In this document: piece by piece, positions 9,582 through 19,633 of the stretch
Layout: the number at the start of each line of letters is the position of its first letter
Numbering within the stretch: position 1 is the first letter of the stretch
Assembly: GCA_018221205.1 (NCBI GenBank)
Contig: JAAOYF010000010.1
Coordinates: 1-44,228 of the forward strand
DNA length: 44,228 bases
Origin: Candidatus Woesearchaeota archaeon
GTDB taxonomy: Archaea; Nanobdellota; Nanobdellia; Woesearchaeales; WJIZ01
Direction of reading: 5' to 3'
The notes under the pieces: generated by a model
Databases searched by the model: none
What the model was told of the DNA's origin: nothing
The model's input: only the letters and a program-made list of their open reading frames with translations
Position numbers and translations under genes: made by a program

Positions 9582-10136
9582 ATGGAAAAGCTCGCAGAGA
9601 ACATCTGGAAATTCAAAGGAGTCTCTAATATCTATTATCTTAATCTTCAGAAGAAGATGATAATCGATGCAGGCTTCAAGAATGAGAAGACAAGGCTTGA
9701 GAAAGAGCTTAAAGAGATAGTAGATCCAAAAGAAATCGAGATGGTCATTCTCACCCACCTTCATTACGATCACGTCGGCAATATTGATTTGTTCCCAAAT
9801 GCCAAATTCTATGCTTCTCCAGAAGAGATAGAAGCATTCAAGAAAGACAAGGTCGCAACCATTTTAGATCCAGAGACAGCTGAGAATTTCAAGGTCGAAC
9901 TGCATCCTTTGACAGAACTAGAAGGCTTTGACATCATAACGACTCCAGGCCATACCCATGGAAGCATCTGTTTATTATACAAAAAAGAGAAGATCCTCTT
10001 CTCAGGAGACACACTATTCCATAATGGCATGGGCAGGTTGGACTTGCCTTCTTCTATTCCAGAAAAAATGGACGCAAGCTTGAAGAGATTAGATGAAGTA
10101 GCCTATAAGCTCCTCGCACCAGGTCATGATTACTAA
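9582..10136 (+). CDS. Metallo-beta-lactamase fold hydrolase (glyoxalase II-like)
   Basis: THLHYDHVG, TPGHT.GS, FSGDTLF and PGH. Confidence 0.92.
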   Translation: MEKLAENIWKFKGVSNIYYLNLQKKMIIDAGFKNEKTRLEKELKEIVDPKEIEMVILTHLHYDHVGNIDLFPNAKFYASPEEIEAFKKDKVATILDPETAENFKVELHPLTELEGFDIITTPGHTHGSICLLYKKEKILFSGDTLFHNGMGRLDLPSSIPEKMDASLKRLDEVAYKLLAPGHDY

Positions 10137-10169
10137 ATCTATTTAAATTAAAATCAATTAGCGCTCATA

Positions 10170-12374
10170 ATGATAAAAGGCTTTGAACCAAGACTCTATC
10201 AGCAGACAATATTTGCGTCTGCAGCGAAATATAACACCCTAGTAGTCTTACCGACAGGAATGGGAAAGACAAATATCTTCTTGTTATTGGCAGCTCAACG
10301 ACTAAAACAGTATCCAAAGTCAAAAATTCTTCTCATCGGACCCACAAGGCCTTTGATTGACCAATATTTACGGGTCTTCCAGGATTATTTCGATATGGAT
10401 CATGAAAAATATGCTATCTTTACAGGCCATGTCCAGCCGAAAAAACGTGAAGAGCTCTGGAATACCTGCCAGATCTTCTTTTCCACACCACAAGGCTTGG
10501 AAAATGACATCATTTCAGGACGGATCAAGCTAGAAGAGGTCACCTTGTTGGGGGTAGATGAAGCACATAGAGCAGTTGGCGATTATGCCTATGTCTTTGT
10601 AGCCAAGCAATACATGAAAAAGGCAAGACATCCGAGAATTTTGGGTCTGACAGCCTCTCCAGGTTCAGATATGGAGAAGATAACCGAAGTTGTCCAGAAT
10701 CTCCACATCGAAGAGATTGAAGTGAGGACAGATGAAGATCCTGATGTCAAGCAATACATACAGGAGATCGATGTCAAGTGGGTAAAAGTCAAGCTTCCTC
10801 CGAAATTCCTCGACGTAAAAAAGTATATTGATGATTTTATCAAAGAAAGGCTGAAAAAGCTGAAAGAGTGGGGGATCTTGCATAGGGCAGACACCACTTT
10901 TGTCAGCAAAAAGGATCTGATTGGTCTGCAGGCGCAATTAAGAGGAAGAGCAGCTTCTGGAGAGAAGGATTTTGTGATGTGGAACGCCATCTCTTTGCTT
11001 GCAGAGATCATGAAAGTCCAGCATGCGTTGGAATTATTAGAGACGCAGGGGGTCAAAGCACTCCACACGTACTTGAATAAGCTTGAACGAGAAGCCTATT
11101 CCACAAAAGTGAAAGCAGTGAAGAATCTGGTCAAGGATCTCAATTTCAGGTCTGCCTTGATCAAGTGCCAGACCCTTTTTGATGAACGTGCAGAACATCC
11201 GAAGTTGGTCGAACTGCAGAATATGGTGGATAGAGAGCAGAAGAAGAACAAGGACATCAAGATGATCGTCTTCAACCAATATCGTGACAATGCCCAAGAT
11301 ATCGTCGAGAAACTGAATATCATTCCCGGGATCAAAGCCAACTTGTTCATCGGCCAGCAAAAACGCTCTCAATCAGGACTGTCCCAGAAGAAGCAGAAGG
11401 AGATGCTTGATGAATTTCGAGAAGGAAAGTTCAATGTTCTCGTAGCCACATCCGTAGGAGAAGAAGGACTGGACATTCCGAGAGTAGATTTAGTTATTTT
11501 CTTCGAGCCTATTCCCTCTGCTATCAGACATATCCAAAGAAGAGGCCGTACAGGAAGGCAGGAGAAAGGACGTGTTATCATCCTGATGGCAGAAGACACG
11601 CGAGATGTCGGCTATAAATGGGCTGCCCATCATAAAGAGAAAAGGATGTACAGGAATTTAGGGAGCCTGAAGCAAAAGCTCAAGACTGTCCTTAATGTCC
11701 GCAGAGACACTCCTTTGACAAGATTCGTCCAGGGGGAGAAAGTAAAGATTTTCGTAGACCATAGGGAGAAAGGTTCTCCGGTCATCAAGCAACTGGTAGA
11801 TATGGATGCTGATTTGAAGATAGAACAGATGGATGTCGATTATCTGCTCAGTGAGAGGGTGGCAGTAGAATTCAAGACCGTAGAAGACTTTGCCCAGTCC
11901 ATCATCGACGGCAGATTGATGGAGCAGGTCAGAGAGCTGAAAAAGAAATATGCGCGCCCTCTAATCATCATCGAAGGAAAAGAAGATATCTATTCAGTAC
12001 GAAACATCCATGCAAATGCAATCCGAGGGATGCTCTCGAATATTGTCGTCAGTTACGGTGTTCCTTTGTTACAGACAAAATCCCCTATAGAGACAGCAAA
12101 CTTGCTCTATGTCATCGCTAAACGCGAGCAAGACGATACCTCTAAAGACTTCATGCCTCATACTGGTAAAAGAGTGGCAGATACCAAATGGCTCCAGGAA
12201 TATATCATCTCAGCCCTGCCAGGCATAGGAGCAACATTGGCAAAACCCCTATTAAAGCAATTCAAATCCATTTCCAAGATAGTCAACGCCTCTGTCGACG
12301 AGCTGAAAGAAGTCGAAGGCATAGGCAAAGTCAAAGCTGAAGAGATCAGAAGGATTCTTGATGAAGAATATTAG
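10170..12374 (+). CDS. hef: Hef (FANCM/XPF-like) SF2 helicase fused to ERCC4 nuclease and HhH
   Basis: PRLYQ, LPTGMGKT, DEAH, TASP, EEGLDIP, QRRGRTGR, then DHRE..DY..VEFKT..DF..SIIDGRL and tandem HhH (PGIG, EGIG). Confidence 0.93.
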   Translation: MIKGFEPRLYQQTIFASAAKYNTLVVLPTGMGKTNIFLLLAAQRLKQYPKSKILLIGPTRPLIDQYLRVFQDYFDMDHEKYAIFTGHVQPKKREELWNTCQIFFSTPQGLENDIISGRIKLEEVTLLGVDEAHRAVGDYAYVFVAKQYMKKARHPRILGLTASPGSDMEKITEVVQNLHIEEIEVRTDEDPDVKQYIQEIDVKWVKVKLPPKFLDVKKYIDDFIKERLKKLKEWGILHRADTTFVSKKDLIGLQAQLRGRAASGEKDFVMWNAISLLAEIMKVQHALELLETQGVKALHTYLNKLEREAYSTKVKAVKNLVKDLNFRSALIKCQTLFDERAEHPKLVELQNMVDREQKKNKDIKMIVFNQYRDNAQDIVEKLNIIPGIKANLFIGQQKRSQSGLSQKKQKEMLDEFREGKFNVLVATSVGEEGLDIPRVDLVIFFEPIPSAIRHIQRRGRTGRQEKGRVIILMAEDTRDVGYKWAAHHKEKRMYRNLGSLKQKLKTVLNVRRDTPLTRFVQGEKVKIFVDHREKGSPVIKQLVDMDADLKIEQMDVDYLLSERVAVEFKTVEDFAQSIIDGRLMEQVRELKKKYARPLIIIEGKEDIYSVRNIHANAIRGMLSNIVVSYGVPLLQTKSPIETANLLYVIAKREQDDTSKDFMPHTGKRVADTKWLQEYIISALPGIGATLAKPLLKQFKSISKIVNASVDELKEVEGIGKVKAEEIRRILDEEY

Positions 12375-12751
12375 ATCGACTTTGCTAAGATTTCTAGAGT
12401 AGATAAATGATCTTTTGTGAATTGTATAGCAGTTTCTAATTCAAAGGCTTTGCATGTATAAATATCCACAGTAAACAAGGGGGGATTGGATGGATAACTA
12501 TATACATGTACACCAGAAGTCCTCCAATGTGCCCAACCACCATAACCAAGTTCGTGTGCACTGTAAGCAACGGGCCCGGCAAGAATGTCCATGTTCAACG
12601 CTCTAGCAAGTTCAGTCATATAGTCTTTCATTTCATCCGGTTTAACAATCTCTTGAGTAGTAGCTTCAATTATTGCTCTTTGTCTGAAAATCTCTGGAGC
12701 TAGGTCTCTCCATTCGTTTTCCGTTTGCCCATCAGAATATTTTTCTGGCAT
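12371..12751 (-). CDS. S-adenosylmethionine decarboxylase proenzyme-like protein (divergent SpeD fold)
   Basis: GWAHWRTSGVHVYSYP...TVDIYTCKAF parallels the SpeD pattern ESHxxxHTxP...VDxxTC. Confidence 0.65.
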   Translation of the reverse strand: MPEKYSDGQTENEWRDLAPEIFRQRAIIEATTQEIVKPDEMKDYMTELARALNMDILAGPVAYSAHELGYGGWAHWRTSGVHVYSYPSNPPLFTVDIYTCKAFELETAIQFTKDHLSTLEILAKSI

Positions 12752-12860
12752 ATTAATTACCCATAAGTAGTTAAAAATGTTATCTAATTATTAAAACTTT
12801 CTTCAAAAAAATAAGAGAATAAGCAAAAATTTTATAAAAAACTGTTAATTTTAGTAAAAT

Positions 12861-13799
12861 ATGGATAAAATAAACAGTAAGATATTACAAGTCTTAGATT
12901 GGAATGCAAGAACTCCCATAAGCAAAATAGCAAAATTCGTAAAATCAAATAAAGATGTTGTTGCTTATAGAATAAAAAAATTGGAAGAAGAGGGAATTAT
13001 CACAAATTACTTCCCAATATTAGATATGTATAAATTAGGATATCATACTTCCCGATTGTATTTAGATTTAGAAGAAATAAACGCAGAAGATGAGAAAGAC
13101 CTCATTGAATTCCTAGATAGGGAAATTGGTTGTGGATTAATTTTAAGCATGGATTATCCATATAAATATTGTATATTCCTCTGGAAAAAGTCGATATATG
13201 GGGTTGAGCAATCATTAGTCGAGATCAAGAAATATCTAGGAAAAAAACTAATTAGATATAATCATTCAATAATTTGTACTTTTAGGCAATATCCTAAAGA
13301 TTATCTCTTTGGTAAAAAAATGCATGAGGCATATAGAAGCTTGGAACCAAATAAAGAGATAGAATATGATGATAAAGATTACAGAATACTAAAGGAATTA
13401 GCAAAGAATGCTAGATTCTCAACCGTTAATATTGCAAAAACTTTATCCATTCCTCAAACAACGGTTTCTTCAAAAATAAGAAACTTAGAAAAAAAGAAAA
13501 TAATATTGGGGTATAGGGCACAAATTAATATTTCAAAATTAAAGTATCTAAATTATTTTCTGGAAATCTATCTTGATGAAAATATTAATCTAAAAGAGAT
13601 TGAAGCTTGGACCAATACAAACAAGAATGTTGTCTGGCTTCAGAAAACAATTGGAACATGTGACATAGAGGTTGAAGTTGAAGTGCAAAACAGAAAAGAA
13701 TTGGATGGGTTTATGAACAAACTAAAAACGAAATTTCTCAATATAAGAAAAATAGTCTTTTGGCCGCAGCATTATAAGAAATTAACTTTCTTACCTTAG
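12861..13799 (+). CDS. Lrp/AsnC-family regulator with duplicated HTH + ligand-binding modules
   Basis: Two units: L..NARTPISKIAK...YRIKKLEEEGII and LAKNARFS...IAK...KIRNLEKKKII. Confidence 0.88.
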   Translation: MDKINSKILQVLDWNARTPISKIAKFVKSNKDVVAYRIKKLEEEGIITNYFPILDMYKLGYHTSRLYLDLEEINAEDEKDLIEFLDREIGCGLILSMDYPYKYCIFLWKKSIYGVEQSLVEIKKYLGKKLIRYNHSIICTFRQYPKDYLFGKKMHEAYRSLEPNKEIEYDDKDYRILKELAKNARFSTVNIAKTLSIPQTTVSSKIRNLEKKKIILGYRAQINISKLKYLNYFLEIYLDENINLKEIEAWTNTNKNVVWLQKTIGTCDIEVEVEVQNRKELDGFMNKLKTKFLNIRKIVFWPQHYKKLTFLP

Positions 13800-14659
13800 A
13801 AACCCATTGACCTTAATCTCTTGATCCTTTCTTTCATAGGCGGATGAGTTGAGAATAACTTGACTATGCCTCCTCTCTTGCCGAAAGGGTTTGAGATGAA
13901 CATATGTGCAGTCGTTTCTGAGACAGAACTCGGCTTTAATGGCTTTCGAGCATTATCATGATCTAATTTTTCCAGCGCACTAGCCAGACCAAGGCCAGAA
14001 TGTACGAATTTAGCGCCTGTAGAATCAGCCAAGAACTCTCGTGAACGTGAAATAGCCAGCTGGATCAACGTAGCAAGGATAGGAGTCAGGATCGCCAATA
14101 CCAAAAACTCCATTGCGCTTCCTCCGTCCCTATCTCTACCCCCCATTCCTCCGAAGATCGCTGCCCAGCGCGCCATCATCGCAACATATGAGATGACTCC
14201 AGCAATGGTAGCAGCAATTGAAGAAATCAAGATATCTTTATTCTTGACATGAGCCAATTCATGAGCAGCAACTCCTTTGAGCTCAGAATCATTCAATAAG
14301 GCGATGATTCCTTCGGAAAAAGCGACTGCAGCATGCTTCTGATTTCGTCCAGTAGCAAAAGCATTGCTGTGCTGTGTAGGAAGGACATAGACTTTAGGCA
14401 TAGGTATCCTAGCTAATTGAGAAACTTCCCGTACAAGCTTATACAGCCGAGGATTATCTGTTTCAGTGATGAGTTTAGCCCGATACATCTTAAGAACAAC
14501 TTTATCAGACCACCAATAAGCCCCAAAATTCATCAGGACAGAGAAGATAAGCGCAATAGTCAGGCCTTGCATACCTCCGATTAAGTTGCCTACCCACAAT
14601 AACAATCCAGTAAGCAATCCTAATAGTGCAACAGTCCGAAGTTGATTCCCGATTGACAT
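13796..14659 (-). CDS. htpX: Zinc metalloprotease HtpX
   Basis: NAFATGR, HELAH, SRSREFLAD and FSTHP. Confidence 0.95.
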   Translation of the reverse strand: MSIGNQLRTVALLGLLTGLLLWVGNLIGGMQGLTIALIFSVLMNFGAYWWSDKVVLKMYRAKLITETDNPRLYKLVREVSQLARIPMPKVYVLPTQHSNAFATGRNQKHAAVAFSEGIIALLNDSELKGVAAHELAHVKNKDILISSIAATIAGVISYVAMMARWAAIFGGMGGRDRDGGSAMEFLVLAILTPILATLIQLAISRSREFLADSTGAKFVHSGLGLASALEKLDHDNARKPLKPSSVSETTAHMFISNPFGKRGGIVKLFSTHPPMKERIKRLRSMGF

Positions 14660-14718
14660 GAAAATAAGTAGTTATTTTCTTCTTTTAAAGTTATCCTTTA
14701 AGCTTTTTTCTTTGATTC

Positions 14719-14827
14719 GTAAGACTTCGCGAAGCGAATGTCTTACTTAAGCGCTTTTTACGAGATTTCATGCAAATATTATTTGCATGAATTTCGAACT
14801 TCGTTCGAATTTTTTTGCAAAAATCTC
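14719..14827. repeat. Intergenic multi-hairpin element (copy 2, related to 3258-3319)
   Basis: GTAAGACTTCGC-GAA-GCGAA(T)GTCTTAC, TTCATGCAAAT-ATT-ATTTGCATGAA, TTCGAAC-TTC-GTTCGAA and TTTTTGCAAAAA. Shares CTTTT(T)ACGAGATTT...AAAAATCTC with copy 1. Confidence 0.7.
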
Positions 14828-14828
14828 T

Positions 14829-15899
14829 CTATCCTTTGATGTCAAGGGTTATTTTCTTCGTCTTTCCATCAATACTTTTGACAATCTTATGCCCTTTCAA
14901 TTTTTTCTTGATCTCATCGAATGAATATTTTTCCCGAGCCTTCTTTATTTCCTTCAAGATTTCATCAACTAGCTTGTAATGTTCATAGATAAGTTCCCCT
15001 TTCTTCTGCATATCAGAAGATTTCTTCTTCAAAGCCGTGATATGGTCTTCCTGGGACTTGATTATCCCCACCACCTTATCGATCTGAGCTTGATGTTTTG
15101 AGATGAACTCACTTTTTTTAGCATAACTCTCGATATAAGCATGATCCAATGCTCCATTGAATGATGTAAACTCCTTCCCTTTCTCTTGAGATGCGAAAGC
15201 AAAAGGCAAAACAATCATATTTTCAAGGACCCTTGCTTTGATAGGATGATCAATCACCTTCCTCATGGCTTGAAAGACTTTCTTATCTACTTTTTTCGTC
15301 TTCTTATCGACTGCAGCCAACTGACAGATCTCTTCCGCATATATTCCACCAAGACCGATGTCTTTAGCCAGTGCTGTTACAAGCTCCTTTCCCGAGACGA
15401 GTTTCTCAAACTCACTTTGTTTCAAGGAAAAAGCATCATGTTCTTTTTTAGGAAAGACATACGTCTTGCCTTTTCTGATCTCTCTATCCTTCCATTTCTT
15501 CTGATTCAGCGCATTCAGGATCGTCTCACCATCAGTCACCACAATATTTCCCTGTCCGAACAATTCAATAAAGAGAGACAACTTCTTTTCTTTCTCAAAA
15601 ACAAGCTTTGCTATCCGTTCAGAGCCCACTTGACTGACTTCCCGAAGGCGGGCATTGTCAAGGTGCTTCCGTAAGAACATGCAGAAGCCGCCAGGCTCAT
15701 CATATCGTTCTTTATGCTGAGAAAGAAACATGAATTTCCCAGAAATTATCCGCAGCAACTGCTTTCCCTTGCTCGGAACATGAAATTGTATCAGCAATTC
15801 CTCTTTATGGGGGTGATAGATCTTATCCACTCGTCCACCGACTAAGAAATTCATCTCTTTCAGGAGATAATGCAGATCGACAGAGCTGATAGATTTCAT
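14829..15899 (-). CDS. NFACT-N/HhH/coiled-coil protein (Rqc2/RqcH/NEMF family, short form)
   Basis: S.DL...L.E, F.M.LRK.L, ERI, ELFGQGN, GLGGIYAEE and coiled coil ending GELIYEHY. Confidence 0.82.
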   Translation of the reverse strand: MKSISSVDLHYLLKEMNFLVGGRVDKIYHPHKEELLIQFHVPSKGKQLLRIISGKFMFLSQHKERYDEPGGFCMFLRKHLDNARLREVSQVGSERIAKLVFEKEKKLSLFIELFGQGNIVVTDGETILNALNQKKWKDREIRKGKTYVFPKKEHDAFSLKQSEFEKLVSGKELVTALAKDIGLGGIYAEEICQLAAVDKKTKKVDKKVFQAMRKVIDHPIKARVLENMIVLPFAFASQEKGKEFTSFNGALDHAYIESYAKKSEFISKHQAQIDKVVGIIKSQEDHITALKKKSSDMQKKGELIYEHYKLVDEILKEIKKAREKYSFDEIKKKLKGHKIVKSIDGKTKKITLDIKG

Positions 15900-17713
15900 T
15901 CGAACTTAAATGGACTGATCACATCCCCTAATTTCTTCTGAGCATCCTTCAACCTCTCACGTTGCTGCTCCAGATGATCATGGAACATCTGAGGGATGTC
16001 TTCCTCGACCTTATAGATCTCTTCGATCCTGTCCAATCTCTCCAATAATTTTCCAGTTTTGATCGAGAACTGTTCCTCATAGTTATTTTTTGTATAGGCC
16101 TTCGAGAAGACCATCTCGAACAGCTTCTTGAGATCCTCATACTTCGGAATGAAGCCGATAGGAGTCTCTAATGCGCCGAATTCTTCGTGCACTCTCCCTT
16201 CCATCCACATCAACCATACTTTCTTATCGGTCTTGGCGTTCAGGAACTCACCATCTTCCTTCAGGAAGTAATTCGTCGAAAAGATCAATGGCGGAACATC
16301 AAGACCCTCTCCGAATTTGAGATGATTCTCGATGTATACTCCTAAAGGAACAACTAAAAACTCAACATTCGACATCGGATTATGTTTCCGCACCCCTTCT
16401 TTACCGAGAGCAGCAGCTGTTGTTTCACTTTCGACAGAAGCGCCGATGTAAACACCATGTGCCCAGCTCAAGCTTTGCAATAAAGGAGGATTTGTATCAG
16501 AATCTCTCCCACCATAGATAAAACCCCTGATCCGGACACCCTCTGGATTATGCAGATTCTCGTCGACATTCTCCAATTCGCTTATCCGAAGGCAGAAGCG
16601 GGCATTCTTGTGTGCAGCCAGTACCTCTTTACCATCTACGGTCATGCCTTTCTTCCACTTTCCTATGAAATTAGTCCCTTCTGAAGGGAGATCTTTGCCC
16701 ATATTGAGCCAATAAGGAATATCTTCCTGGACAAGGACATTAGAGAAGATGATTTCTCTTGGACTTGTCAAGGTCTTGTAGATGAGTGGATCATCTTTTG
16801 GATTGACATCAGCGATGATGCCAAAGATACCTTGTTCGACATTCACACCCCGAGCATAGCCTTCTTCATCAGGCCTGATATAAGCAATATCATCTCCGAT
16901 GATCGACTGTCCAGGGATCATCGCAGTGCTGGTCTTGCCGCAAGCACTCGGGAAAGCTCCTGTAAAGTACGTAATTCTTCCTTTCCTCTTAGCCCCCATC
17001 AGGAACATATGTTCACACAACCAATCCTCTTTATTTGCCTTGCTGATAGCTAAGCGTAAAGCTAATTTCTTCAATCCGACGCTGTTTCCAGCATACTGGT
17101 TGTTGACGGTGAAGACTCTTTCCTCATCAAGATCCATATACACTCTTCTTTTATCGATATCAACACAGACACCATTCTCTAACTTGCCGGCAGAATGCAC
17201 GAATAAGAAGAAATCATCAAGTTCCTTGAACATATCAAAGCCCTGCCTATACAGGATATCTTCACTATGAAGGACATAAGCAGAATCTGTTATCTGCATC
17301 GCAGGCAAAGAGAACTTTGAATTGTGTGGACCTAAACAATAGAATTTAACCAGCATCTCTTTTCCTTCCATGATGCCGTCCATGATCTCAAAGACCTCTT
17401 TCAGGCCCTCTTCTCGGTCAGTTGTCTTGATGGCCTTACCCAATTGCACTCCAGGCTTAACTAAGACACGAGTATTCACCAGATCCCTTCCCTGATCCTT
17501 AGGAGAATCATAGTGGATAGTATGCCCCTCCATCTTCAAAGGCTTTTCTTCATTGTTCTTCACTGCCAGCTGCTTGATATACTCCTGATCTTTCTCAGAA
17601 TCATTGAGTATCGTGACAGAAGCAGGTTTTAATAGTGTGATGTACTCGTCTAGAATCTTCTCTACTTTCTTATTCTTCAAAGATGCTAATTTTTCAGAAC
17701 CATTGATATTCAT
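15896..17713 (-). CDS. pckG: Phosphoenolpyruvate carboxykinase (GTP)
   Basis: FPSACGKTSTAM, GDDIAY, QITDS.YV, WLCEHM, H.NARF and YGGRD. Confidence 0.95.
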   Translation of the reverse strand: MNINGSEKLASLKNKKVEKILDEYITLLKPASVTILNDSEKDQEYIKQLAVKNNEEKPLKMEGHTIHYDSPKDQGRDLVNTRVLVKPGVQLGKAIKTTDREEGLKEVFEIMDGIMEGKEMLVKFYCLGPHNSKFSLPAMQITDSAYVLHSEDILYRQGFDMFKELDDFFLFVHSAGKLENGVCVDIDKRRVYMDLDEERVFTVNNQYAGNSVGLKKLALRLAISKANKEDWLCEHMFLMGAKRKGRITYFTGAFPSACGKTSTAMIPGQSIIGDDIAYIRPDEEGYARGVNVEQGIFGIIADVNPKDDPLIYKTLTSPREIIFSNVLVQEDIPYWLNMGKDLPSEGTNFIGKWKKGMTVDGKEVLAAHKNARFCLRISELENVDENLHNPEGVRIRGFIYGGRDSDTNPPLLQSLSWAHGVYIGASVESETTAAALGKEGVRKHNPMSNVEFLVVPLGVYIENHLKFGEGLDVPPLIFSTNYFLKEDGEFLNAKTDKKVWLMWMEGRVHEEFGALETPIGFIPKYEDLKKLFEMVFSKAYTKNNYEEQFSIKTGKLLERLDRIEEIYKVEEDIPQMFHDHLEQQRERLKDAQKKLGDVISPFKFE

Positions 17714-17750
17714 GGTCACACCCCCTCGACCAGAAACAGAGGTATATAGT

Positions 17751-19022
17751 TTATATATTTATCGCTGCCTGATAGATGTTCTCGAATAACTCCTCAATCT
17801 GATCCTCAGCGACAGCAGAGAATGCAATCCGTAATATCTCTGGAATGGCAATGACCCCAGTATCATATTTCTCAAGAAGTACCTGTCTCATCTTCTCAGA
17901 ATCAAGATTTTTCAGCTTGATGCACATGAAATAGCCAGAATTATACGGCAGAGGTTCAAAATACTTGGAAAACTTCTCGTCTGCAAGGACTTTCCGAACT
18001 TTTTCATAGCGCGATTTCAATACATCACATTTTTCTTTCTTTTCTTGGTCATAGCTGCTGGATTCATACGCATGCAGAAGCAATGACTGAGAGATATGTG
18101 CAGCATTTGAGATATTTCCTCTAACTGCACCAGCAGTTTTCGATTCAAGCGCTTCATACAACTCTTTATTGCCATCTTTGATTGCATAAGTGATGAATCC
18201 TGTACGGAATCCCCAGACATAATCCTCTTTTGTAGCGCCATCTATCTTCACCGCGAGAATATTCTCATGGATATGGGCAAGATACGCAAATAAAGACTCT
18301 TTTTCGACTCCTTCCTCATACACCAATCCAAAATAAGCATCATCCAGAACAACCAAGATCTCTTTTTCCTTAGCAGCTTCTGTAAGAATAGAAACAATCT
18401 CTTTTGCTTCCTCCACCGTCGGAGTATATCCTGTAGGATTGTTCGGGAAGTTCAAAAGGACAATCTTTTTTCCTTTCCCGACTAAACTTTCCTTGAATGC
18501 ATCCAGATCAAAACCACCAGCTTTGAAAAGATTGAATTTCTTGAACTTTGCTTGATAACCATTCAAGAAAATAAGATTATAGTTCCCCCAATAGATATCT
18601 GAAAGGATGATCTCATCCCCAGGATTGACAAATAAGTAGCCGATCATGCTCAAACCATGAGTGAGTGCATTGGTCACATTCGGCAGGCTGATCTCTCCTG
18701 AAAGAGAAGGGTTCTTTTCTTTGATCAGGGATTGCCATTTCTCCCGCAACGGCTTGATGCCATAGCTCGGAGCATATGTGAACACTTCTTTAGGATTAAG
18801 GGAAATTTCTTTCTCAATGCTCTTCAATCGCATAGGACTGCCGTCATCCTCGACAGCCATCCCGATAGTCGCATTGATCTTCTTCCCTTTTGCCTCAGCA
18901 GTCTGGGATAGAATGCCCTTCTTAGGAAAAAAGATAGCCTTACCTTTCTCAGAAAGCAACCCATAGACAGGAGCAGCATGTTTCCGTATGGCCTCATTCA
19001 GTTCTTCTGCTTGCGGGTTCAT
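17751..19022 (-). CDS. Class I/II PLP-dependent aminotransferase (aspartate aminotransferase-like)
   Basis: INATIG, NFPNNPTGY, DDAY and PLP-lysine region ATKEDYVWGFR. Confidence 0.9.
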   Translation of the reverse strand: MNPQAEELNEAIRKHAAPVYGLLSEKGKAIFFPKKGILSQTAEAKGKKINATIGMAVEDDGSPMRLKSIEKEISLNPKEVFTYAPSYGIKPLREKWQSLIKEKNPSLSGEISLPNVTNALTHGLSMIGYLFVNPGDEIILSDIYWGNYNLIFLNGYQAKFKKFNLFKAGGFDLDAFKESLVGKGKKIVLLNFPNNPTGYTPTVEEAKEIVSILTEAAKEKEILVVLDDAYFGLVYEEGVEKESLFAYLAHIHENILAVKIDGATKEDYVWGFRTGFITYAIKDGNKELYEALESKTAGAVRGNISNAAHISQSLLLHAYESSSYDQEKKEKCDVLKSRYEKVRKVLADEKFSKYFEPLPYNSGYFMCIKLKNLDSEKMRQVLLEKYDTGVIAIPEILRIAFSAVAEDQIEELFENIYQAAINI

Positions 19023-19080
19023 CTTTTGCCTCGATAACAGCCAGTTTTTCCCTTTAAGATCGACTAGGCTGATCGTCCTT

Positions 19081-19560
19081 TTAATTTCTTTCTTTAATTA
19101 ACCGGTCAATATCTGCTTTCATAAAACCTTTTGTTGAATCTATAGTCAAGACCTTGTGCCCATTCTCCTTAGCCTCGATAAAACACACATCAAATATCTC
19201 AGAATCAAGGTTTTCCCGGACCTTTTCTTTAGAATACTTCCTCTTTTCAAGCCTTTTCTTCAATTCAGGAAGCCCACATTTCGTCACAATGACCAGATCA
19301 ACGCATTTCTTGCTAAGATGATGGCTCAACAATGAATCAATGATCAAATCTTTCTTCTTCTCGATCAGGCCGACCAAAAAACGACCCAATTTATCAGTAT
19401 CGACGACATAGGAATCTCTTTTCTTGTCAAAAGAATCATACAATCTCTCTTTCTCGATCAGATTCTTGACATCAATGTATTCATGATCCAATTTCTCAGC
19501 AAGAATCTTCGCCAAAGTCGTTTTCCCTGTTGCCGGAGTCCCAGTTATACAGATAATCAT
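19081..19560 (-). CDS. Archaeal adenylate kinase, AK6/Fap7 family
   Basis: ITGTPATGKTT, L..RL..R.Y...KV.EN..SEI. Start at MIICITG; the longer ORF overlaps the divergent gene. Confidence 0.88.
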   Translation of the reverse strand: MIICITGTPATGKTTLAKILAEKLDHEYIDVKNLIEKERLYDSFDKKRDSYVVDTDKLGRFLVGLIEKKKDLIIDSLLSHHLSKKCVDLVIVTKCGLPELKKRLEKRKYSKEKVRENLDSEIFDVCFIEAKENGHKVLTIDSTKGFMKADIDRLIKERN

Positions 19561-19633
19561 AAGAAATGTAAGCCTAAACTCTATAAAAATGTATGGAGAA
19601 ACATTAATAAACATGCGCCATCTTAGGGGAGCT

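Noticed and set aside
11860..11880. Hef nuclease motif reads EFK instead of ERK
   Set aside because: The acidic residues and Lys of the ERCC4 motif are retained, so there is no basis to call it inactive.
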